Positions 7,954 to 16,626 of a stretch of DNA of 64,000 bases are shown here, piece by piece (position 1 is the first letter of the stretch; every line of letters starts with the position of its first letter). The translations under genes and the position numbers were made by a program. The stretch is from positions 1-64,000 of IMG/VR virus record IMGVR_UViG_3300023223_000599. One strand, given 5' to 3'. Below the pieces are notes generated by a model that was not told the DNA's origin, made no database searches, and saw nothing but the letters and a program-made list of their open reading frames with translations. The stretch is from a virus.

Positions 7954-8160
7954 TTAATCACTAAGAGATCCAACCATAATCAACCTGATGACCTCGCTGA
8001 GTGTTTTATTTTGATCACTATCTGTTTTAAGTGACAATTCCATGATTATGACGGCTTTGCTTAAAATTCCATTGACCTCATGGCAGTTGTAATAATCGCC
8101 GTCTTCATGCGTGATCATTTCCCCGTTTGAATCTGGATAGTATTTCTTCAAGTAGTTCAT
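7954..8160 (-). CDS. hypothetical protein, GxYYxCH(D/E)V family member
   Basis: 68 aa. HEDGDYYNCHEVNGIL is shared with the 8355..8699 and 8689..8856 products. Confidence 0.55.
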   Translation of the reverse strand: MNYLKKYYPDSNGEMITHEDGDYYNCHEVNGILSKAVIIMELSLKTDSDQNKTLSEVIRLIMVGSLSD

Positions 8161-8190
8161 GGGGAATACTTACCACTGATTTGGCGGTTG

Positions 8191-8358
8191 TCAAATCATA
8201 AATCCAAACCATTTTTTAAGCGCTTCACAGCATTTATTGCAAAGGTGGCCGCCAATATTACCCTGACCCGCAAAATATCCCCTTGTACCGACATCGTTTA
8301 CATCTGGAATATATTGTTCAATCTCTTTTTTGCATTTATCGCATATGTGCTTGATCAC
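8191..8358 (-). CDS. zinc-ribbon mini-protein (55 aa, below track cutoff)
   Basis: GTG 8358 forms a GTGA overlap with the upstream stop. Contains CDKC...CNKCC. Replaces the plus-strand track ORF 8188..8415. Confidence 0.4.
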   Translation of the reverse strand: MIKHICDKCKKEIEQYIPDVNDVGTRGYFAGQGNIGGHLCNKCCEALKKWFGFMI

Positions 8359-8699
8359 TTCTCTAATTCCTTTATTCTTTCATTCAATCTAACTATCTCA
8401 GCGTCAACATCGTGACAGTGATAATAATTACCCTCGTCATCATCATATTCTTCCATGGCGTCATAGCCATCTGGGCCATATTTTTGAAAAAAGTTAGTTT
8501 TATGATTCTTATTTTTTTCAACGAATTTATCAAGTTCAATAATTTCTTCAAATGTCAATATTGTGGAATTTCTTAACTCACCGTGTTTCAAGTGGGCAAT
8601 CTTTTTTGTCGTATAATTAAAATAATAACCATTTGTGAAAAGATAATGATTCCCCTGTCTTGTTTTTATTATGTCGCCCCATCTCAATTCAGTCATCAT
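8355..8699 (-). CDS. hypothetical protein, GxYYxCHDVD family member
   Basis: 114 aa; the C-terminus is DDEGNYYHCHDVDAEIVRLNERIKELEK. Confidence 0.6.
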   Translation of the reverse strand: MMTELRWGDIIKTRQGNHYLFTNGYYFNYTTKKIAHLKHGELRNSTILTFEEIIELDKFVEKNKNHKTNFFQKYGPDGYDAMEEYDDDEGNYYHCHDVDAEIVRLNERIKELEK

Positions 8700-8856
8700 C
8701 CACCCTTAAATCTTCGAGTTCTTTTTTTAGCTCTTCAATCTTTGATTCCAGCTCACCAACAAGAGAATCGACATCATCGACGTGATAGTATTGCCCGTGT
8801 TTATTGGGCTCTATAATGCCGTGTTTGTATGCGTCGTATTTTTCCATCTTTTTCAT
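8689..8856 (-). CDS. hypothetical protein (55 aa), GxYYxxDDVD family member
   Basis: ATG 8856 forms an ATGA overlap with the 8853 stop. My translation: MKKMEKYDAYKHGIIEPNKHGQYYHVDDVDSLVGELESKIEELKKELEDL... Confidence 0.5.
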   Translation of the reverse strand: MKKMEKYDAYKHGIIEPNKHGQYYHVDDVDSLVGELESKIEELKKELEDLRVDDD

Positions 8857-9125
8857 TTATAGTAATCTTTCTGCAACTCATTCCAATCAATGTCATAAGG
8901 TCTTTGTGATGAGCATCTAATAGCTACGCCTTTTTTAAGAGAAATGAAATCCCTTATTTCCTTAAGGTTTTTAAAGAAGTAGATTTTGTGATTGTTTTCA
9001 AGTGCGGTCATAAGATAGTAAGATCTTAGGCATCTTTTTTTATATCTTGCATTTTTTAGATAATAATATCTATAAAAGCTTGTGCCTCTGCCTGCTGAAA
9101 TTAGCATGAAATTAAATGTGTTCAT
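8853..9125 (-). CDS. hypothetical basic protein
   Basis: 90-aa ORF with ATGA overlap to the upstream gene. Confidence 0.55.
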   Translation of the reverse strand: MNTFNFMLISAGRGTSFYRYYYLKNARYKKRCLRSYYLMTALENNHKIYFFKNLKEIRDFISLKKGVAIRCSSQRPYDIDWNELQKDYYK

Positions 9126-9334
9126 AGTTCTCTCTTTCTATATAAAACGCTTTTTGAATTTGGCCATGAGTTAATGTTTTGCACTGCGTTCTTTGCGAAC
9201 AATTCCATTTTTTCAAAGAATTGTTTTCTTTGTGGGCATTTTGATTGATGTTCCATTGTTGCCCGTGAATCAAAACCGTTTATTGTGCAGCCACAATAAT
9301 GACACGCTGTCATGATGAATCCTATTTTCATCAT
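9122..9334 (-). CDS. Cys-containing mini-protein
   Basis: 70 aa with CHYCGC...H..KC. Confidence 0.55.
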   Translation of the reverse strand: MMKIGFIMTACHYCGCTINGFDSRATMEHQSKCPQRKQFFEKMELFAKNAVQNINSWPNSKSVLYRKREL

Positions 9335-9425
9335 TTACTCATCAATATGTAGAATGTGATTGTGTGACAAATAAATTGCACAACACACATTGCCATTAAG
9401 AAATAAATAGTTGTTTTGTCATTCA

Positions 9426-9695
9426 TCATGAAAAAGTCTCATGATGCACAGCTTCGACATTAACATCATAATCCATTAAGAATGTAGAGCCATATTCAAC
9501 AGCGACACAAGCGCACTTCCTTTTTTCACCACCATTTATTGAATGGTGTGGGAATTGTTTTGTTGAAATTTTCATATAAAGAATCCCACGATCATCAAAG
9601 TATTGGCCCTCGCCTATCATGTCAACTGGCTTCATTTGGTCCGTATTTTTAAGTATTATTGTTTTCATCTTTTTCCCATCTCCCATATCTACCAT
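9426..9695 (-). CDS. hypothetical protein
   Basis: 89-aa ORF. An alternative start at the third ATG (9668, MKTIILKN) has the better purine-rich upstream. Confidence 0.5.
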   Translation of the reverse strand: MVDMGDGKKMKTIILKNTDQMKPVDMIGEGQYFDDRGILYMKISTKQFPHHSINGGEKRKCACVAVEYGSTFLMDYDVNVEAVHHETFS

Positions 9696-9718
9696 TGATC
9701 ACGCAAGCGCAATCACTG

Positions 9719-10357
9719 CTAGATGATGTCAGCCCACTCAATCGGCTCAAGATCTTTCTTGAGATACAGCGGATGCGCGGGCTGGCCATCCTTATTCATT
9801 TTCAAATAGTACATGTTCTTTTTGAGGCCGGTCTTTTTCTTGTATGCCAAGATCAACCTTCTGAACTTTTCAGCTCTACCCATGAATTCGCCATCATTGC
9901 CCCATGCGCAGATTGTCATCCTGGACAATCCAAAGGCCATTTCAAGGGTGGCATCGTTACGACTAAAGAATCCATCTGCTTCAAGTCTGTTTTCACCCAC
10001 GGGGTTATGTGAGCATTTCATATCTATGGGCTTTGTGGCTCTAAAAGAGAATAGATTGACCATGCAAAGCTGACCGTAGCCCCACGCCTTAGCAAACCCC
10101 ATGCAGCGGCGAATCGTTGGGTCGTCGTCTGTTTCATCGGCTGTTGATGGATTGAGACCCACAAAGACTACAAGGGGCTTTGTCTGATCCCATGCGCGGC
10201 CAAGCGTGTATCTGAACAATCCACACTCCGAGAATGTGGCTGTCTTGATCACCCCATCATCACCAGTCGCATTCGCATCCTTCGCACTGGCATCATCGCC
10301 ATCACCGCCGCTTTGAATACCTTTAACAAGCTCCAAACCTTTTAGTTTTTTAGTCAT
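9719..10357 (-). CDS. DUF1643-like protein
   Basis: FRYTLGRAWDQTKPLVVFVGLNPSTADETDDDPTIRRCMGFAKAWGYGQLCMVNLFSFRATKP matches the NPSTAD...D.T...NLF signature of DUF1643 as I recall it. Confidence 0.7.
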   Translation of the reverse strand: MTKKLKGLELVKGIQSGGDGDDASAKDANATGDDGVIKTATFSECGLFRYTLGRAWDQTKPLVVFVGLNPSTADETDDDPTIRRCMGFAKAWGYGQLCMVNLFSFRATKPIDMKCSHNPVGENRLEADGFFSRNDATLEMAFGLSRMTICAWGNDGEFMGRAEKFRRLILAYKKKTGLKKNMYYLKMNKDGQPAHPLYLKKDLEPIEWADII

Positions 10358-10566
10358 CAGTCAACTTTCGGTTTTTTAAATTTTCTATAATTTCCATTTT
10401 CAAACACTTGCGGAACAAATGCTTCCTTGCCACAAAAAGGGCAAAACTTAAACCTATATGCCTTTGAACTACCATTCAATCTTTGCCCATGATCACCAAC
10501 ACATTCCGGCGTGTAATGACCGTCAAATTTAACCAAGATTCTACAAACATCTTTTCTATTGCCCAT
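10357..10566 (-). CDS. zinc-ribbon mini-protein
   Basis: The track ORF is trimmed to ATG 10566 (MGNRKDVCRILV...), overlapping the upstream stop by 11 nt. Contains C..HG...CPFCG. Confidence 0.5.
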   Translation of the reverse strand: MGNRKDVCRILVKFDGHYTPECVGDHGQRLNGSSKAYRFKFCPFCGKEAFVPQVFENGNYRKFKKPKVD

Positions 10567-10921
10567 TAAGCGCCGCCTCTTCCTCACGAATAAACTTAAT
10601 CTTCCTGGCCATTGTCTGAGCCACAAGGCGGTGAGCTCTTTGCTCACCAACTTTAGGCGCGACAAGTAAGTGTTCAACAAGATCTTCTGTTATAAATTCG
10701 ATTTCTTTGCACCTGTCAAGCACGTTGTTGAATTTCTGCTTTCTCAAATGAGCTTCTTCATCCAGCTTTTTCAATCGATTTAATTGATTTTTATATAGCT
10801 CATGATTAAGTTTTAAGTAATCGAACAAGAATGCTCTATCATGCTTCTCTAAGTAATCTTGTTTTAAGATCCATCTAACACGTGCCCACTTGGCTTCGTA
10901 CTTTGCTTTATTGCTCATCAT
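10556..10921 (-). CDS. hypothetical coiled-coil protein
   Basis: 121-aa ORF. Confidence 0.6.
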   Translation of the reverse strand: MMSNKAKYEAKWARVRWILKQDYLEKHDRAFLFDYLKLNHELYKNQLNRLKKLDEEAHLRKQKFNNVLDRCKEIEFITEDLVEHLLVAPKVGEQRAHRLVAQTMARKIKFIREEEAALNGQ

Positions 10922-10936
10922 TCAATCATCAATCTC

Positions 10937-11089
10937 TTACAAATAACTCTGACACAACCTACAAAAACAATCTCCACCCCATTCTTCAGGGTGTTCATCA
11001 ATATCTTTTGTTAATTTATAAACTTTTTCCGCACTAGTTTTTGGATCGGAAATTATTTTCTCCATTCTTTTGTTCCATTTTTTACTCAT
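10937..11089 (-). CDS. Cys-containing mini-protein (50 aa, below cutoff)
   Basis: ATG 11089 shares one base with the upstream TGA. My translation: MSKKWNKRMEKIISDPK...GGDCFCRLCQSYL. Confidence 0.4.
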   Translation of the reverse strand: MSKKWNKRMEKIISDPKTSAEKVYKLTKDIDEHPEEWGGDCFCRLCQSYL

Positions 11090-11244
11090 CAATCATCCCT
11101 CATACAATAACAAGGTGTTAATTCTTCATGGCAGTGATCACAAACAGTATCGATAAGCTGAAGAATCATGACCGCATCATGATTATCAAACCCAAGTTCA
11201 CTTTGTAGCAATCCCAATCTTAAGTCTTTGTCGTATTCACTCAT
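11089..11244 (-). CDS. Cys/His mini-protein (51 aa, below cutoff)
   Basis: ATG 11244 forms an ATGA overlap with the 11241 stop. My translation: MSEYDKDLRLGLLQSELGF...CDHCHEELTPCYCMRDD. Confidence 0.4.
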   Translation of the reverse strand: MSEYDKDLRLGLLQSELGFDNHDAVMILQLIDTVCDHCHEELTPCYCMRDD

Positions 11245-11720
11245 TTCTCAATAATCCCCATATCTCTTTTTATAAAAACCTGTTCCCTTGTTTGCAATGT
11301 CCCATCATCAAGATATGCATACCAGCCAAAGCGCACCGGGTCACCAATCAAATTTCTAATCTTAGGCTTCCAGAACTTCCAATGAAAATGCCATGAAACA
11401 ACTTTTGCAGGATTATCTTCAGGAAGCTTTATCTTTGGCCTGTTGGATTCTTCACATTTTATTCCGTTCAGCGCATCAAGGGCAATTTTCCTTGTAACAA
11501 ACATACTTTCATCTTCTGTAAGTTCGTTATAGTGTTCCATTTTAGAGATGGTTAGCAACGCATCCCTAAGATCAATAAGCTTTTCCAACATCTCAAGAAT
11601 AAGTTCTTCATTCGCTGTTGTGGTCTGTGCTTCAGTTTGGCGAATTAAGAACTTAAGAACCACAGCTTCTTGAATGATTTCTTCTAGTGTTTTTTCTTCG
11701 TTCACGACATCTCCATGCAT
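11241..11720 (-). CDS. hypothetical protein
   Basis: 159-aa ORF. An alternative GTG start at 11705 would give a GTGA overlap. Confidence 0.6.
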   Translation of the reverse strand: MHGDVVNEEKTLEEIIQEAVVLKFLIRQTEAQTTTANEELILEMLEKLIDLRDALLTISKMEHYNELTEDESMFVTRKIALDALNGIKCEESNRPKIKLPEDNPAKVVSWHFHWKFWKPKIRNLIGDPVRFGWYAYLDDGTLQTREQVFIKRDMGIIEK

Positions 11721-12298
11721 TCAGTACCACAAGAATCACAAATAAGATCTTTCTTGCGCTTATTATCATCAAGACAGTTTTCATTGCAACAAATGTATTT
11801 ACCATCCAAACAATCAAATATCTCATTAATCTGTCGAATAGCCCAATCAGGAATCTTTATGTCATCCTTATTCTTTTCATAATATTCCCTTGGGCTCCCT
11901 CCGAATTTATAAGACATGGCAAGCCAGTCGATGATCATGTGGGCGCAACAAAGCTCTTGATAGTAAGGGTGATGATGTTTTGGATCGGTCCAGTTTTGCC
12001 AATGGTGATCATTGTTTGCTTTATGATTGACCCAAGCAATGCCTAGTGGCTTTTTATCTTCACCCTTAAGAGGAAAGAAACAATCACGGTATTGAGTGAG
12101 CTCTTGGGCTGACATCTTTGAGCAATCATGCTCTTCAACCATACCTCTAAGAGTATGAAAGCAAAAATCATCCCAAATGAACCGCATGCCTTTGCACTTC
12201 TCTTCAACTTCTTTGAATGCCTTCCAAACATTGTTGAGATGTTCCTCAACATAATCAAGATAGGCCCGTGTTGTCATTATTAGTTCAAGTGCTTTCAT
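11702..12298 (-). CDS. HD-like metal-binding protein (DUF5662-like, tentative)
   Basis: The H...HDCSK motif (HTLRGMVEEHDCSKMS) and the His cluster NHKANNDHHWQNW...KHHHP suggest an HD-superfamily fold. The C-terminus is Cys-rich. Confidence 0.4.
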   Translation of the reverse strand: MKALELIMTTRAYLDYVEEHLNNVWKAFKEVEEKCKGMRFIWDDFCFHTLRGMVEEHDCSKMSAQELTQYRDCFFPLKGEDKKPLGIAWVNHKANNDHHWQNWTDPKHHHPYYQELCCAHMIIDWLAMSYKFGGSPREYYEKNKDDIKIPDWAIRQINEIFDCLDGKYICCNENCLDDNKRKKDLICDSCGTECMEMS

Positions 12299-12762
12299 GA
12301 CAACCCCCGACTTCTAATAAACTCAAGAGCTTCCCTGGCAGCTTTTGAAGGATCATTTGACATGCAACAATTATGATTATTAAATATTTCACCGTTATAG
12401 ATTTGTAAGGCTTTTTTCATCTTCTCAACAACGCCTTGATATCTTTCACCGGCATCAAACCATCCAGAAGTATAAGCATCACCTTCTTCTTCGGTTGATA
12501 GGTTTTGCATGGCGCCGTCTTTGATGTTTTTGAATTTGTTGTTTTCGGATTGTAAGGTGTTGATATGATTTTGCATATTACGTTCTACAATTAACAAAGC
12601 GGCGTACTTAAGTTGTATTTCAGACAGTTCTTTATTCTCTTTAATCAAACAGGCAAGCCGAGTTGTTGCTAATACAAACTTGGATTCAATTCCGACGACC
12701 ACCTGTCTATCCCTCATCTTTTTACCAAGCTCAATCAAATCATCTGATGGTGTTCTACTCAC
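12295..12762 (-). CDS. hypothetical protein
   Basis: 155-aa ORF with ATGA-type overlap. Confidence 0.6.
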   Translation of the reverse strand: MSRTPSDDLIELGKKMRDRQVVVGIESKFVLATTRLACLIKENKELSEIQLKYAALLIVERNMQNHINTLQSENNKFKNIKDGAMQNLSTEEEGDAYTSGWFDAGERYQGVVEKMKKALQIYNGEIFNNHNCCMSNDPSKAAREALEFIRSRGLS

Positions 12763-13222
12763 AATTAATCTTCTCCATCAATTCCCTAGATTCATTTATA
12801 ATTGAATCATAAATGTCTTCAAAATCGGTGCAGTGATATTCACCAACATCTTCTTCTTCAATCTCGTCAGCTGTTTTTTGTATACAAAGCATTTTGAGGA
12901 ATTGTTTCATCTTGTCGTTTTCAGAATTAACAATCTCAACAGCCATCAACATCTTTGTATTACTTTCTCTATAATGATTAATGGTATCTTCTGTTGGCTG
13001 GCACAATGCTATTGTTAATTTTAATTGGCTGTTTTCATCTATCAAAGATTCAATCCTCTTGGCAGCACGACCCAACACCAAATCAGCGTCTTTATTCGGC
13101 CTTGCGGGGATATGCATGTAGAACTCACTCAAACCATCTTTACCCAATGTCACGGCTTTTGCAAGCTCTCTGAGGCGGGTCACGATTACTTTATCGGTGG
13201 GCAATTCATTATCAGTTGGCAT
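12755..13222 (-). CDS. hypothetical acidic protein
   Basis: 155-aa ORF. Confidence 0.6.
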   Translation of the reverse strand: MPTDNELPTDKVIVTRLRELAKAVTLGKDGLSEFYMHIPARPNKDADLVLGRAAKRIESLIDENSQLKLTIALCQPTEDTINHYRESNTKMLMAVEIVNSENDKMKQFLKMLCIQKTADEIEEEDVGEYHCTDFEDIYDSIINESRELMEKINCE

Positions 13223-13442
13223 CTTTGACCCTCCATCTTATACGATATTTTTCTTCATGTTCAAAAACACAAGGTTCCATCTCCCACCAATAGCCTTCTT
13301 TCCATGAAAACCGAACAAGCCCAACAATAGGGGCGCCATGTTGTTCTGCATAAAACAAAACAGCTTGTTCATGATCTATGTGCCCTCTCGATTGTAAGAA
13401 CAAGTCATTGACTTCACGGGCTGTGATGAATATCTCTTTCAT
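13212..13442 (-). CDS. hypothetical protein
   Basis: 76-aa ORF. Confidence 0.55.
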   Translation of the reverse strand: MKEIFITAREVNDLFLQSRGHIDHEQAVLFYAEQHGAPIVGLVRFSWKEGYWWEMEPCVFEHEEKYRIRWRVKDAN

Positions 13443-13642
13443 TGGTTATCCCCTTGGCATTTCGGGCACATTTTAAGCACGATACTAGGTGGGTTTGGGT
13501 TCTCGTATCGCTCCTTATGCATGGCATACACAGTTTCTTCAAGCCTTAATATTTCTACCTTTAATTGAAAGACCTCTTCAGACATTCCCTGTTCTCTAAA
13601 GCGAAATAGCTGAGCCATTATTTCTTTCGCATTATCTCTCAC
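13439..13642 (-). CDS. hypothetical protein with C-terminal CxxC
   Basis: 67 aa, GTG start, ends CPKCQGDNQ. Confidence 0.5.
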   Translation of the reverse strand: MRDNAKEIMAQLFRFREQGMSEEVFQLKVEILRLEETVYAMHKERYENPNPPSIVLKMCPKCQGDNQ

Positions 13643-13781
13643 TTTTTCAACTTCCCCAATTCCAAATCAAACACCTTCTTAAAAACTTGGCCAAGTTTCT
13701 CAGGCTTGGCCCCTGTTTTTCTCTTCTTACTCGGACGCTTCTCTTGTGCTTTATCCATAATTCTGTGAATTGGCTGAATAA

Positions 13782-13958
13782 TCACTTCTTCGATTCTTTC
13801 GGTAAAATAGCGATGCCATCACCAAGGCAAAACGTGCATTCTTTAAACATGGAATAAAACATATTACCAGTGCCATCACACTCTTCACAAATCTCATTGC
13901 CCGCTGCGATGTTTTGGGCTTTTATTGCCTCATCTTCTTGAATGCCCCTATGCTTCAT
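13782..13958 (-). CDS. DnaJ-type zinc-finger mini-protein (58 aa, below cutoff)
   Basis: ATG 13958 lies downstream of the promoter candidate. CEECDGTG...CTFCLGDG gives two CxxCxGxG motifs. Confidence 0.5.
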   Translation of the reverse strand: MKHRGIQEDEAIKAQNIAAGNEICEECDGTGNMFYSMFKECTFCLGDGIAILPKESKK

Positions 13959-13979
13959 ATATCTTTTCTTTCTTTAAGC

Positions 13980-14008
13980 ATCATAAACAATTAGTTTACA
14001 AAAGACAA
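13980..14008 (-). promoter_or_regulatory. sigma70-like promoter candidate
   Basis: Coding strand reads TTGTCT-(17 nt)-TATGAT in GTTGTCTTTTGTAAA, then GCTTAA and a purine-rich leader. It begins right after the stop at 14012. Confidence 0.55.
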
Positions 14009-14011
14009 CAC

Positions 14012-14263
14012 TTAAAGATTGTTTTTTTCAATTTCATATAAAGAATTACAAGCTCTGCAAACTTCACCGCCACTCCTAAGATTCATGGGTGGGCACTCAC
14101 AAAAAGATTTCACAATCTTTATTAGATCTTCTTTCGTCTTAGTTTCTCGTCTATACCATTCAAATCTATGAGCGAACATGTCCCACTCGCACTTCTTATA
14201 TTTCCTTAACTTTTCAAGCTGATGCTTTTCAAAGTTTGGCCAGTTGGTGTGATCGTCACTCAT
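14012..14263 (-). CDS. hypothetical protein with C-terminal zinc ribbon
   Basis: 83 aa with CEC...CRAC. Confidence 0.55.
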   Translation of the reverse strand: MSDDHTNWPNFEKHQLEKLRKYKKCEWDMFAHRFEWYRRETKTKEDLIKIVKSFCECPPMNLRSGGEVCRACNSLYEIEKNNL

Positions 14264-14459
14264 CTTTGATTGGTCTTTCTAAAAATCCTTTGACGCCATC
14301 TATCATCTTTGCATAGCTTATTGAAATTTTTTCATGACATTTATAGCAAACGAAACGATAGGTAATCTTATCAAAGTCTTGGTCAATGTTTTCCTTTTTC
14401 TCCGGTCCATATACACCTAATTTATTGAATGGGTGCTTGCACTTAAAAAATCCCATCAC
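14256..14459 (-). CDS. zinc-ribbon mini-protein
   Basis: 67 aa with CKH...CYKCH. Confidence 0.55.
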   Translation of the reverse strand: MMGFFKCKHPFNKLGVYGPEKKENIDQDFDKITYRFVCYKCHEKISISYAKMIDGVKGFLERPIKDE

Positions 14460-14891
14460 CTATCTCAAATCCTCACCACAATCCCTACAAAAATTATTCA
14501 TATTATCGGGTAGGTGGTCGCGTTCGTAATCATCCTCGCTTATTTTAAAGTCGCAATCATGACAATGAATCTCAGGACATTTTCCAAGAACTGGGAATGA
14601 TTTACATGCAGCACATCCACACTTAGGACAGTTAAAATAACCGCCATTTTTATAAATCACATGTCTAGGGCAATTCTGCGGATCTCCTGGTGTTTTTATA
14701 TGATTAAGGAGTGCAGCGGCCTCATTTTTAGATGATGTTAATTCAGCCCTTAGTTCAATCTTTGACTGTATTTGAAAGTCAAACTCTTGTTTCAAATGAG
14801 CGTAATCATTCATAACTTTAAGCAATCGCGCTTTAGATTCGTTAATGTCTAATTCACCTATTGTTTTAGTTTTTTTGTTTCCGTCACTCAT
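14460..14891 (-). CDS. zinc-ribbon protein, CRDCGxDLR family
   Basis: 143 aa. The C-terminal YKNGGYFNCPKCG...EDDYERDHLPDNMNNFCRDCGEDLR is paralogous to the next gene upstream. Confidence 0.65.
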   Translation of the reverse strand: MSDGNKKTKTIGELDINESKARLLKVMNDYAHLKQEFDFQIQSKIELRAELTSSKNEAAALLNHIKTPGDPQNCPRHVIYKNGGYFNCPKCGCAACKSFPVLGKCPEIHCHDCDFKISEDDYERDHLPDNMNNFCRDCGEDLR

Positions 14892-15495
14892 CTCTCAAAT
14901 CTTTCCCGCAATCACGACAATAATTAGCCATATTATCAGGCAAGTGATCACGTTCATAATCTTCTCGCTTCATCTCCTTATGACAACTCCCGCATTGAAT
15001 AGTGCTATCTGATCGGCAAGTACTGAAGTTAGAAGATGAACAGTGAGGGCATTTGAAATAAGAACCGCTTTTATAAATCTCATGGACACAGTTTTCATCT
15101 ATGTTGCGAAGTGCTTCAACAATAGACTTGCCAACATCTTTCTTTTGTTCCTTCTCCGCGTTATTAAGCCCACCAAGAGAAATCTTTGCAAAGTTCAGCT
15201 GTTTAAGGGCCTCGACAACATCGTGATTTTCATCTGCTGCTTCAAGAGTTTCTTCAACACCCTCAATATAATCAATGGCCAACTCTGCAATTGTTTTATT
15301 CTTTTGATTTGCCAAGTCGATGAATGATTGCGTGTCTTTTTGTTTCAAAACAACGGTCAACCTCTCATGAATCTCACCACAATGAAAACATGTTTCCGAA
15401 TCAATTTGTTCAACTTCTAAGGAGTTTCCACAATTTACACAAATATAATAATCAATTTCTTGTTTTTCAATCTTCATAAATATCTGCTTCCCCAT
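14884..15495 (-). CDS. zinc-ribbon protein, CRDCGxDLR family
   Basis: 203 aa. The C-terminal YKSGSYFKCPHC...REDYERDHLPDNMANYCRDCGKDLRDE matches the family; there is an N-terminal CVNCG...CFHCG. Confidence 0.65.
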   Translation of the reverse strand: MGKQIFMKIEKQEIDYYICVNCGNSLEVEQIDSETCFHCGEIHERLTVVLKQKDTQSFIDLANQKNKTIAELAIDYIEGVEETLEAADENHDVVEALKQLNFAKISLGGLNNAEKEQKKDVGKSIVEALRNIDENCVHEIYKSGSYFKCPHCSSSNFSTCRSDSTIQCGSCHKEMKREDYERDHLPDNMANYCRDCGKDLRDE

Positions 15496-15589
15496 TCAAA
15501 TAAGCTAAGTCTTTTTTGGCGCATTCATCAGAGCAATAAGCGCTGTCCACAACCCAACCATCATTGCAATACTTGCATTTATTCATCAT
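15467..15589 (-). CDS. Cys-rich mini-protein (40 aa, below cutoff)
   Basis: ATG 15589 is preceded by AGGAGG. My translation: MMNKCKYCNDGWVVDSAYCSDECAKKDLAYLNGEADIYED. Confidence 0.45.
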   Translation of the reverse strand: MMNKCKYCNDGWVVDSAYCSDECAKKDLAYLNGEADIYED

Positions 15590-15830
15590 AACCTCCTGTT
15601 ATTGCTAGAAGGGTTGCACCATCACGAATAAAAAACTTCTTCCCATGATGATGAGGGTAATCACCATGTTTCCTATGCCACTTAGCCCAACGCCGCCAAA
15701 TAACATTAGGAACGTGATTGTTTGGGCTGCACATCCACTTGTCGTGATAGAAGCTTGGGCCTAAGTAAGGATGATGGTCAAGATAATATCGTTTTCTTTT
15801 AAAGACAAACACGGCGTCAAGACGGTTCAT
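15579..15830 (-). CDS. hypothetical His/Trp-rich basic protein
   Basis: The track ORF is trimmed to ATG 15830 (MNRLDAVFVFKRKRYY...) downstream of the 15871 stop. Confidence 0.45.
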   Translation of the reverse strand: MNRLDAVFVFKRKRYYLDHHPYLGPSFYHDKWMCSPNNHVPNVIWRRWAKWHRKHGDYPHHHGKKFFIRDGATLLAITGGYDE

Positions 15831-15870
15831 CGTCACCCTGGCACGCCCTGATTCAGAATAGAAATATCTT

Positions 15871-16053
15871 CTACTCACTCCTAGACCTCCACTCACCGCA
15901 CCAATCATCATTAACTTCTGGAAACATTGATTCAAATGTATCTGAATCTGAATCATAAACTACTTGAGGCGGAAACCTTCTACACTCCTTATTGAGCTGA
16001 TTGAACAAGCAAGTTCCACAATGATTTCTATCTTGAATTGCCATCTTTATCAT
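15871..16053 (-). CDS. hypothetical Cys-containing protein
   Basis: 60-aa ORF. Confidence 0.5.
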   Translation of the reverse strand: MIKMAIQDRNHCGTCLFNQLNKECRRFPPQVVYDSDSDTFESMFPEVNDDWCGEWRSRSE

Positions 16054-16131
16054 CCTTCACATCTAGTTTGTCATATATTCTCACAAAAGCTTGAAGCAGC
16101 AATTCAAGAATGTTCATTTTTCTTTGAAGCT

Positions 16132-16302
16132 TCAACATAATGTGTGTGTGTTTTGAACTAAATAAGCAAGAATCAAGAGCTGATAAATCGTTGGCCATCT
16201 GCCGCTATACCAATAACAAAGAGAAACGACTACACAGAAGCCAAACATTGTTCCCAGAAAATCAACAATACCTGCCGCATATTTTGAATTCTTCTTGCTC
16301 AA
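16132..16302 (-). CDS. small membrane protein (56 aa, below cutoff)
   Basis: TTG 16302 is preceded by TAGAAAAGGAGAACTAAA, the same leader and TTG start as the gene at 23471. Hydrophobic stretch GIVDFLGTMFGFCVVVSLCYWY. Confidence 0.45.
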   Translation of the reverse strand: MSKKNSKYAAGIVDFLGTMFGFCVVVSLCYWYSGRWPTIYQLLILAYLVQNTHTLC

Positions 16303-16326
16303 TTTAGTTCTCCTTTTCTATTAAGC

Positions 16327-16355
16327 ATCATATGACACTGACTTACAAAAGACAA
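16327..16355 (-). promoter_or_regulatory. sigma70-like promoter candidate
   Basis: Coding strand reads TTGTCT-(17 nt)-TATGAT in GTTGTCTTTTGTAAG, followed by GCTTAATAGAAAAGGAG. Confidence 0.6.
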
Positions 16356-16374
16356 CAGTTAATATTGATAAAAT

Positions 16375-16626
16375 TCATTTTCCTCTCCCACAAAAACTTG
16401 ACCTATGATTCTGACCACATTTCCTACAAAAATCTTCTTCAATAAAGTACTCTTTTGCTATTTCATGCACTGCATCCGCGAACGCCCTTAATTGTGCCGT
16501 TGTAGTATCAATATAGTCAACCTTACCACTGCCACCACATGACCCACAGCGCCCACCTGTCACTCTATCATCACCGCCTGAACCCTTGCAGTTATCACAT
16601 CTAACTTTGGCGGGGGTCCATATCAC
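16375..16626 (-). CDS. DnaJ-type zinc-finger protein
   Basis: 83 aa with CDNCKGSGG...CGSCGGSGKV (two CxxCxGxG motifs) plus C-terminal CRKCG. Confidence 0.6.
   Translation of the reverse strand: MIWTPAKVRCDNCKGSGGDDRVTGGRCGSCGGSGKVDYIDTTTAQLRAFADAVHEIAKEYFIEEDFCRKCGQNHRSSFCGRGK

Noticed and set aside
9335-9425. Additional family promoter upstream of 9334 (ATGACAAAACAAC / TTGTCA-17-TATTGA)
   Set aside because: The motif is degenerate and the -10 candidates are weak. A 21-aa hydrophobic micro-ORF with ATGA coupling also fits the gap, so it is too ambiguous to call.
12295-13222. Two adjacent 155-aa proteins as possible paralogues
   Set aside because: Their equal length appears coincidental. 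I could not align more than a few residues by eye.
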